This document shows positions 1 through 5,402 of a stretch of 6,297 bases of DNA, one piece after another. A program made the position numbers and the translations under genes. The notes under the pieces were generated by a model, which worked only from the letters and a program-made list of their open reading frames with translations, was not told where the DNA came from and did not search any database. The stretch covers positions 1-6,297 of the forward strand of contig JAWBON010000067.1 of NCBI GenBank assembly GCA_038826135.1, in the 5' to 3' direction. The DNA is from Candidatus Odinarchaeota archaeon. Lineage in GTDB: Archaea > Asgardarchaeota > Odinarchaeia > Odinarchaeales > Odinarchaeaceae. The first letter of the stretch is position 1; each line of letters opens with the position of its first letter.

Positions 1-261
1 TAGGTTAGCTATCAGCCTTAAGTTAACTTTACTGCTATTTTAGATAATGTGTTAAAAGGAGTGTTGAAAACTTTTTATTTCACGTGTTTTTAAAATCGAA
101 GAGGCTTGTAAGCGTGTAAAAGTTTCGTTTATGTTAATTTTTCGCTTTATATTATAGCTTATTTTCGATGAATTACACTTTTAATTATTTATTAAACTTT
201 CCGTAGTGGCGCGCCTTAAAATTACTGAAAGTAATAAAAAAAATTAATATTTATGATTGAA

Positions 262-282
262 AAACATAAAGTTTTTATATTA
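262..282 (+). promoter_or_regulatory. Putative BRE/TATA promoter of mat
   Basis: A-rich AAACATAAAG followed by TTTTTATATTA (272-282), about 30-45 nt upstream of the candidate starts at 314/329. Confidence 0.55.
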
Positions 283-313
283 AAAAATTCCGTTAAAAAT
301 CGAGCGTATTTCC

Positions 314-1549
314 ATGCGTGGGATGATTATGCAAAGAAATATTAATGTTAATACTTTAAATTTAACACCTATTGAAAACCAAGAAATGGAAATAGTTGAG
401 CGAAAAGGAAAAGGCCACCCTGATACAATATGTGATGCAATCGCCGAGGAAGTAAGCAGGAAATTGTCAAGATATTACTTGGATAATTTCGGCAGAATAC
501 TACATCATAACGTTGATAAGGCTAGTTTAGCCGGAGGGAGAGCTAGAGCTGTTTTCGGCGGAGGCGAAATCCTAGAGCCCATCTACATATTAATGCTTGG
601 AAGAGCGGTTTCAGAGATCGTATATAACGGTGGTATAGAGAGAGTACCATTAGGAACATTGTGCGGGGATGCGATAAGAGATAAAATTGAAAACACTATA
701 AGATATTTGGATGTTGAAAGACATTTAATCATAGATCATAAAATAAGAGCAGGATCATCCGATCTAGTCGGCTTATTCAACTCTGCAAAAGAGATACCTA
801 AAGCTAATGACACATCATTCGGTGTCGCTTACGCCCCCCTGTCGGAGACTGAGAGAATAGTTTTACAAACCGAGTTAATGTTAAACTCCCCAGAGTATAA
901 GAAAAAGCTTCCAGAGATCGGTGAGGATATTAAAGTAATGGGTTTAAGACAGAAAGATAAAATAAAACTGACAATCGCAGCTGCAATGATTTCAACCCTG
1001 ATACCTGACTTAGACCACTATCTAAACGTTAAAGAGCAGGTTAAAAATGATGTATTAGATTTAGCGGCTAAAATAACTGAAAGAGAGATTACAGTGGATG
1101 TTAACACAGCGGATATAGTTGACCGAAACAATCCGTGTGTTTACATTACAGTAACCGGAACATCCGCTGAAAACGGTGATGATGGACAGGTTGGGAGAGG
1201 AAATAGAGCTAACGGTCTTATCACCCCGTTTAGAACAATGTCGCTTGAAGCAACCTCGGGCAAGAATCCTGTGAGCCATGTGGGGAAAATCTACAATGTT
1301 CTCGCAATGGATATAGCTGACCAAATAGTTGAAAAAATTAGCGGCGTCAAAGAAGTGTATATACGAATATTAAGCCAAATCGGTAAACCAATAGATCAGC
1401 CGCTCGTAGCTAACGCGCAAGTAATATTGGAGAATGGTGTTAAATTCAACACTGTAAATTCGGATATAGTAAGCATTATAGACGAAAACTTGGAAAACAT
1501 AACGAAGATAACGGAAAGATTTCTAAAAGGCGAGGCTAAGCTTTACTAA
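314..1549 (+). CDS. mat: Archaeal-type S-adenosylmethionine synthetase (methionine adenosyltransferase); true start probably ATG 329 (MQRNINV...)
   Basis: Family motifs [54 protein letters not shown] and [16 protein letters not shown]. Archaeal MATs usually begin MRNIxV; GGGAT (320-324) lies just upstream of ATG 329. Confidence 0.96.
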   Translation: MRGMIMQRNINVNTLNLTPIENQEMEIVERKGKGHPDTICDAIAEEVSRKLSRYYLDNFGRILHHNVDKASLAGGRARAVFGGGEILEPIYILMLGRAVSEIVYNGGIERVPLGTLCGDAIRDKIENTIRYLDVERHLIIDHKIRAGSSDLVGLFNSAKEIPKANDTSFGVAYAPLSETERIVLQTELMLNSPEYKKKLPEIGEDIKVMGLRQKDKIKLTIAAAMISTLIPDLDHYLNVKEQVKNDVLDLAAKITEREITVDVNTADIVDRNNPCVYITVTGTSAENGDDGQVGRGNRANGLITPFRTMSLEATSGKNPVSHVGKIYNVLAMDIADQIVEKISGVKEVYIRILSQIGKPIDQPLVANAQVILENGVKFNTVNSDIVSIIDENLENITKITERFLKGEAKLY

Positions 1550-1556
1550 GCCCCGC

Positions 1557-1567
1557 TATTTTAATTT
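1557..1567 (+). terminator. Possible T-rich archaeal terminator after mat
   Basis: TATTTTAATTT begins 8 nt after the TAA, in the 94-nt convergent gap. Weak, because the background is AT-rich. Confidence 0.25.
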
Positions 1568-1643
1568 GATATGAGAAATAATATTTGAACGCTGCAATAA
1601 CGACCCTTCGAAAGTGAATCCGGTATTTCCCTGTATAAAGACT

Positions 1644-2231
1644 TCACCGTATAAGTTTAGGTTCACACCTCTGATTCTTTAAAGCCTCAACAAGCTGTGA
1701 AACTGTGTCTATCCTGTCAGAGAACTCGGTGCAACACCAACCGAACTCTGAGAGATGATGCGCGTCTGAGCCGGCTGTAGCTGCAACATGCTTTTTAAAA
1801 GCTGCTGCTAGCGCATTTTCATCAATACTGAATCTTAGTCTATCCGACACCTCGATCCCGTCAACTTCAAGATCATATACTTTATCACCAAGGTATACAG
1901 GCCATTCCCTAAACGGATGAGCTGCTACAGCAACCCCGCCTGCTCGGTGAATTGCTTCTATCATTATATTCGCGGGTCTATTCGGTTTCAAAACATTTTT
2001 TAAACCATAGACTAGCAGCTCACCCTCTAAAACTGTTAGCTCATAGCCTAGGAAGACTTTAATATCGTATTTACGGGCGATTTTAAACTCTTCCGCAAAA
2101 TTAGCGATGACATTATGATCCGTTAAAACAATGCATTCGATACGGTAGGATGGAGCTGCCTCAAATATCTCTTTGAGAGTAAGCTCCGAGCAGGGTGAAG
2201 CTGTGGAGTGAACGTGTAAGTCTATTAGAAA
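1644..2231 (-). CDS. PHP-domain (polymerase and histidinol phosphatase family) metal-dependent phosphoesterase, ~195 aa; extends 80 codons upstream of the ORF-track call and has no canonical start codon
   Basis: Manual translation upstream of TTG 1991 stays open to a TAG at 2237-2235 and reads (N)FLIDLHVHSTASPCSELTLKEIFEAAPSYRIECIVLTDHNVIANFAEEFKIARKYDIKVFLGYELTVLEGELLVYGLKNVLKPNRP. PHP motifs DLHxH, TDHN, GxE, AHPFR and GSDAH are present. Confidence 0.88.
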   Translation of the reverse strand, partial: FLIDLHVHSTASPCSELTLKEIFEAAPSYRIECIVLTDHNVIANFAEEFKIARKYDIKVFLGYELTVLEGELLVYGLKNVLKPNRPANIMIEAIHRAGGVAVAAHPFREWPVYLGDKVYDLEVDGIEVSDRLRFSIDENALAAAFKKHVAATAGSDAHHLSEFGWCCTEFSDRIDTVSQLVEALKNQRCEPKLIR

Positions 2232-2238
2232 GTTCTAT

Positions 2239-2245
2239 ACCTCCT
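2239..2245 (-). promoter_or_regulatory. Shine-Dalgarno site AGGAGGT of the PHP gene
   Basis: Minus strand reads TAA(stop of upstream gene)-ATTT-AGGAGGT-ATAGAAC-TTT-CTA-ATA-GAC-TTA-CAC. Confidence 0.75.
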
Positions 2246-2249
2246 AAAT

Positions 2250-2897
2250 TTATTCTTTCACTATTCTATTAAGCCAACTATCAAGTTCTTTCAACAGCTT
2301 GTTAGCGTACTCTGGAGGTATAGGCTTATTCTTAGGGAGATGCTTGATTTTCTGAATCCACTCATGCATTTCATAGAAAACAGGGTGGTGAGGCACCCAG
2401 CTCATTAACGTATCCCGTGTTTCAGCGATCTTATTAATTAGTTCACCAGCAGTCAACTGTTCTCTAACAGCTTTACCTAAACTGTTTAACGTGTTCTCTG
2501 TAGCTGTTTTATTAGCCTCCTGTCTGACAGTGCCTCTGGCTGTTTCTTTAACTTGAGGTTGAGGTTCTTCAATCTCTTGAACAACAATCCCCTCCACGCT
2601 GGGCTTGCTCTTAACAATTTTCTCTAATTCCAGTACCCTATCTATAAGTTTCTCCAAAGTCTCCTTCGTAGTGAATCTTAAGCCTCTAATAGAGACCTCT
2701 AAACTGTCTAGTTTACTAATATTTTTCTGAAATTCGTCAAGCTGGTTTTGAACTAATCCTAATCTGTCAATGACGCTTAGACCAAACTTCTCTAACGCTT
2801 CCTTTACTTTAGAGAAGTTCTTAATATTCTCTTGAAGAACATTCTTTATTTCAATTAAAGATTGTTCAAGCTTGCTCTCATCTTTGGTAGACAACAC
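2250..2897 (-). CDS. Coiled-coil protein with a C-terminal Vps28-CTD-like four-helix bundle (putative ESCRT-I-related protein); start GTG 2897 or TTG 2894
   Basis: aa ~5-96 are heptad-rich and helical, aa ~97-130 are a P/E/Q-rich linker, and aa ~131-215 form four predicted helices. HEWIQKIKHLPKNKPIPPEYANKLLKELDSWLNRI aligns without gaps to the human VPS28 C-terminus as recalled from memory. The CDS itself is near certain; the confidence value is for the product call. Confidence 0.55.
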   Translation of the reverse strand: MLSTKDESKLEQSLIEIKNVLQENIKNFSKVKEALEKFGLSVIDRLGLVQNQLDEFQKNISKLDSLEVSIRGLRFTTKETLEKLIDRVLELEKIVKSKPSVEGIVVQEIEEPQPQVKETARGTVRQEANKTATENTLNSLGKAVREQLTAGELINKIAETRDTLMSWVPHHPVFYEMHEWIQKIKHLPKNKPIPPEYANKLLKELDSWLNRIVKE

Positions 2898-2900
2898 CCC

Positions 2901-2906
2901 TCACCT
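2901..2906 (-). promoter_or_regulatory. Shine-Dalgarno site AGGTGA of the coiled-coil gene
   Basis: Minus strand AGGTGA-GGG-GTG-TTG; the 6-nt spacing to TTG 2894 favours that start. Confidence 0.7.
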
Positions 2907-2920
2907 AAAACTTGTATTAA

Positions 2921-4210
2921 TTATATTTCTTTCAGGTTTATAAATGCGCAGACACTGCAAAGCTCATCATAGCTTAAGCCACCGTGCTGCCCCAGTAGAG
3001 TAGCGTCCACTATCTTATTTTCACCTTCATGGTTTTTAAGTGAAGCGGTATGTTCACCCGTTAACACGCATATAATATCCCCCATCCTCTGTTTCACTTT
3101 AAAATTACTGGGTTTCTTATGAAAGATTAATTTCGCTAGTTCTTCATATTTGAAGACAAATCCTCTATCTGAGACGGTTTCTGAAATGAGATTGAACGCT
3201 TCGTCAAACATTCCAGGTTTGGTGTAAAAATGAAGTGTTCTACCAGATTTACCGACACCCCCTCTAAAATATTTAGCGTTAACTTCAGAGTCGATGTCTT
3301 GCATGTTAAGAATTTTACTTGGATCAACTGTCCGCTGACCGTGATCCGAGGTTAAAACTAGCACTGTTTTCTCAGCTACTTCTTCTGTTAAACCCAGTTT
3401 TATAGCTTTCAAAGATTCCTCAAACATTTTAAAACTCATTTCAATTTGAGGGCTTTCAGGACCGTATTTGTGAGATAACTCATCAACCATATCCAAGTAG
3501 ATGTGAATAAGCTTTTTCTTATTATCTTCTTTACAGAGCAGTTTATTAGCTAAGCTGAAAGCGTCGATGATATCACCGAAACTCACTATATTGTTATGCA
3601 GTATAGTTGAGAGCCCTGTAGCTGCGATCGAATAATTATATAAGGAGACATCCATTAAACTGTCTTTACTGATGTTTTTATGAATAGACTGCTCCCAGAG
3701 ATAGTTTGAGAAGTTAAGCCCCAGTTTAGTAAGTGAGTCTCTGAATTGAGCTTTTTCACTTGAAAACTTTAAAGTATCTATAATAGTTCCAAGCTCCGCT
3801 ATCAGTATTTTGTAACCTAGTAAACCATGCTGTTCAGGGTATTTCCCAGTGTGTAAACTCATAATCGCTGTTGAAGTTATCGTGGGGAAAACTGATGACA
3901 CTGGAAAGTAGAAAGCGTTTTCTACAAAAAACCTGGAATACTTATTAAACTGTTTAAAACCCAGAGAGTCCATTACTATAAAAACTATGTTTTCAATATT
4001 ATCGTTTAAAATATCCGCTAAAATGTTTTTCAAACGACTGTCTGAGTAAAGTGTTTCACATTCACCTAATTCTAAGCCGAGTGAACGTATTAAAGTCGGT
4101 AGAATCATCGTTATGTTTCGATCATAATTAGGTCTATAAATCCCGTCGAAACCCTTAATAGGTTTAATAAACTGGGTTAATTCCTCAATTAATTTGTCAC
4201 GGTCTAACAT
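2921..4210 (-). CDS. Alkaline phosphatase superfamily protein, type I phosphodiesterase/nucleotide pyrophosphatase-like, probably cytoplasmic
   Basis: VFIVMDSLG (metal Asp), SSVFPTITSTAIMSLHTGKYPEQHG (Thr nucleophile region), YLDMVDELSHKYGP, LTSDHGQ and GQHGGLS: the expected metal ligands appear intact. No signal peptide is visible. Confidence 0.88.
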   Translation of the reverse strand: MLDRDKLIEELTQFIKPIKGFDGIYRPNYDRNITMILPTLIRSLGLELGECETLYSDSRLKNILADILNDNIENIVFIVMDSLGFKQFNKYSRFFVENAFYFPVSSVFPTITSTAIMSLHTGKYPEQHGLLGYKILIAELGTIIDTLKFSSEKAQFRDSLTKLGLNFSNYLWEQSIHKNISKDSLMDVSLYNYSIAATGLSTILHNNIVSFGDIIDAFSLANKLLCKEDNKKKLIHIYLDMVDELSHKYGPESPQIEMSFKMFEESLKAIKLGLTEEVAEKTVLVLTSDHGQRTVDPSKILNMQDIDSEVNAKYFRGGVGKSGRTLHFYTKPGMFDEAFNLISETVSDRGFVFKYEELAKLIFHKKPSNFKVKQRMGDIICVLTGEHTASLKNHEGENKIVDATLLGQHGGLSYDELCSVCAFINLKEI

Positions 4211-4265
4211 TCCTGAACATCCTTAAATGTTAAATTAGTTTTTACTATGATTAGGGGGCTATACT

Positions 4266-4706
4266 TTGAACATGCCTAATCTTGGTAATATTAAGCGTTT
4301 TATTATTTTAAATCTTTCAAGAAAAAGAATCCTATCATCCCTTGTAATTTTAATCATCGGAATAGTAGAGTTAACCGTCTCCATGGTTTTTTTCTACCCT
4401 AATACAAGTTTAGATAATATTATAAGAGGTTTTTTCATAGCGTTTTACGGGGGAATAGAATTTATAACAGGCTTGGCGGGGCTTATTTTAAAGTTTAAAT
4501 CAGACTTTGACAGATTCGCACAGGTAACAAGATATATAATTATCATACTTTTATTTATACCGTACATAGCTGTATTAGCAAGTTTCCTAATCCAGGACCC
4601 TGTTCTAACAGCTTTCAGATTAAACGCCTTGATTTTAAGCTTAGTATCACTTATAAATTTATCATCAATACCAGTAATCAAACACTTATACAGTAAAGAA
4701 CCCTAA
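4266..4706 (+). CDS. Uncharacterised membrane protein with four predicted TM helices
   Basis: Hydrophobic segments ILSSLVILIIGIVELTVSMVFFY, GFFIAFYGGIEFITGLAGLIL, YIIIILLFIPYIAVLASFLI and LNALILSLVSLINLSSIPVI. GGGGG (4254-4258) lies 7 nt before TTG 4266; ATG 4272 is an alternative start. Confidence 0.75.
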   Translation: MNMPNLGNIKRFIILNLSRKRILSSLVILIIGIVELTVSMVFFYPNTSLDNIIRGFFIAFYGGIEFITGLAGLILKFKSDFDRFAQVTRYIIIILLFIPYIAVLASFLIQDPVLTAFRLNALILSLVSLINLSSIPVIKHLYSKEP

Positions 4707-5293
4707 TAATTAAAATATTTTCTAAGCTCACCCTCACTCATACCACTAAGCCAGTTAACCCATCCAGCTAAAAAAACAGCCGGCCTCTCGTTAACTATCT
4801 TCAAAAACTTATCAACAGAAACATCCACAGTATCATAAGAAGTATCCAACTCGTAAACATCACTCGCACCATAAGCGCGAACCGCGTTAAAAGTACATGA
4901 ACCAAGAATCTCAGCCTGCACATTCTCAAATATTTTACCCCTACCATAACCTTTCAACCCCAGTCTCCTCTCCAGAACAGCAGGATGAGTTCTCAAAACA
5001 ATACAGCAATCAACATATTTTTTAGGAGTTAAATCCCCGAAATGTCCCTCAACTATAACAACCCCCACAAGACCGGATAAAAACCGGTTTAAAAACCGCT
5101 TCAACCTAGCCTCCTCAACAATAAAAGTATCTCTACACTCATCCCTGCCTGTAATAGCACCACCCTCAGCAGCCAGCTCCGATAAACTGAATAATCTCAC
5201 ACCAAGCCTTTGAGCAGCAAGTCTAGAAACACTAGTTTTACCAGTGCCAGGCGTACCGCTTATAACTATCACCTTAACACATCCACTGTCCAA
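4703..5293 (-). CDS. Archaeal AK6/Fap7/hCINAP-type adenylate kinase/ATPase; real start possibly GTG 5272 (MIVISGTPG...)
   Basis: Walker A ISGTPGTGKT, VVIVEGH (hhh[DE]xH motif) and LRTHPAVLERRL..KGY...KIFENVQAEILG, typical of the AK6 family. Confidence 0.9.
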   Translation of the reverse strand: MDSGCVKVIVISGTPGTGKTSVSRLAAQRLGVRLFSLSELAAEGGAITGRDECRDTFIVEEARLKRFLNRFLSGLVGVVIVEGHFGDLTPKKYVDCCIVLRTHPAVLERRLGLKGYGRGKIFENVQAEILGSCTFNAVRAYGASDVYELDTSYDTVDVSVDKFLKIVNERPAVFLAGWVNWLSGMSEGELRKYFNY

Positions 5294-5332
5294 GAAGACA
5301 CCGGCTGTAAATACTTCAAATTAATAGATACT

Positions 5333-5350
5333 GAAAAGATATTTATAATT
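5333..5350. promoter_or_regulatory. BRE/TATA element in the divergent adenylate kinase / surface protein gap
   Basis: GAAAAG (5333-5338) then ATTTATAATT (5341-5350) on +. The core TTATAA is palindromic. Confidence 0.55.
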
Positions 5351-5391
5351 ATTTAACAATTAAATTAATAAAAGAATTATACCAAACCCCC

Positions 5392-5396
5392 GGGGA
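5392..5396 (+). promoter_or_regulatory. Shine-Dalgarno-like GGGGA before TTG 5403
   Basis: 6-nt spacing to TTG. An in-frame TAA at 5397-5399 excludes earlier starts. Confidence 0.55.
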
Positions 5397-5402
5397 TAAC
5401 GT

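Noticed and set aside
2-43. Possible 3' end of an upstream + strand gene (RLAISLKLTLLLF*)
   Set aside because: Too short to distinguish from chance without flanking sequence.
49-93. Small ORF MLKGVLKTFYFTCF with an internal AGGAG
   Set aside because: The AGGAG is inside the ORF or too close to the alternative TTG 64; a short ORF like this is expected by chance.
165-228. C/D-box sRNA (TCGATGA ... CTGA, ~64 nt)
   Set aside because: The C box has two mismatches, and there are no internal D'/C' boxes or terminal stem.
1061-1324. 87-aa minus-strand ORF
   Set aside because: Lies wholly antisense to the highly conserved mat gene and has no recognisable motif; shadow ORF.
1526-1646. Selenocysteine/readthrough at the PHP TGA (the frame stays open ~39 more codons) and a SECIS-like ATGA...GA in the 1550-1643 gap
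   Set aside because: The PHP domain is already complete at the TGA, the extension runs into mat and does not look like protein, and I could not build a convincing SECIS stem.
2235-2252. Fusion of the Vps28-like and PHP genes by stop readthrough (they are in the same frame)
   Set aside because: Three in-frame stops (TAA, TAG, TAG) intervene, and a dedicated SD lies between the genes.
2610-2885. SNARE-like motif in the coiled coil
   Set aside because: Heptads are generic; there is no C-terminal TM anchor and no clearly defined zero layer by eye.
3136-3327. 63-aa minus-strand ORF
   Set aside because: Alternative frame nested inside the AP-superfamily gene; no motif or SD.
4445-4681. 78-aa minus-strand ORF
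   Set aside because: Antisense to the 4-TM gene, which has the SD and a coherent TM pattern.
5075-5098. 12-nt-period repeat (TAAAAACCG x2) and palindrome AAACCGGTTT
   Set aside because: Only two short copies encoding RFLNRFL inside the kinase; explained by local composition, and not an array or mobile-element end.
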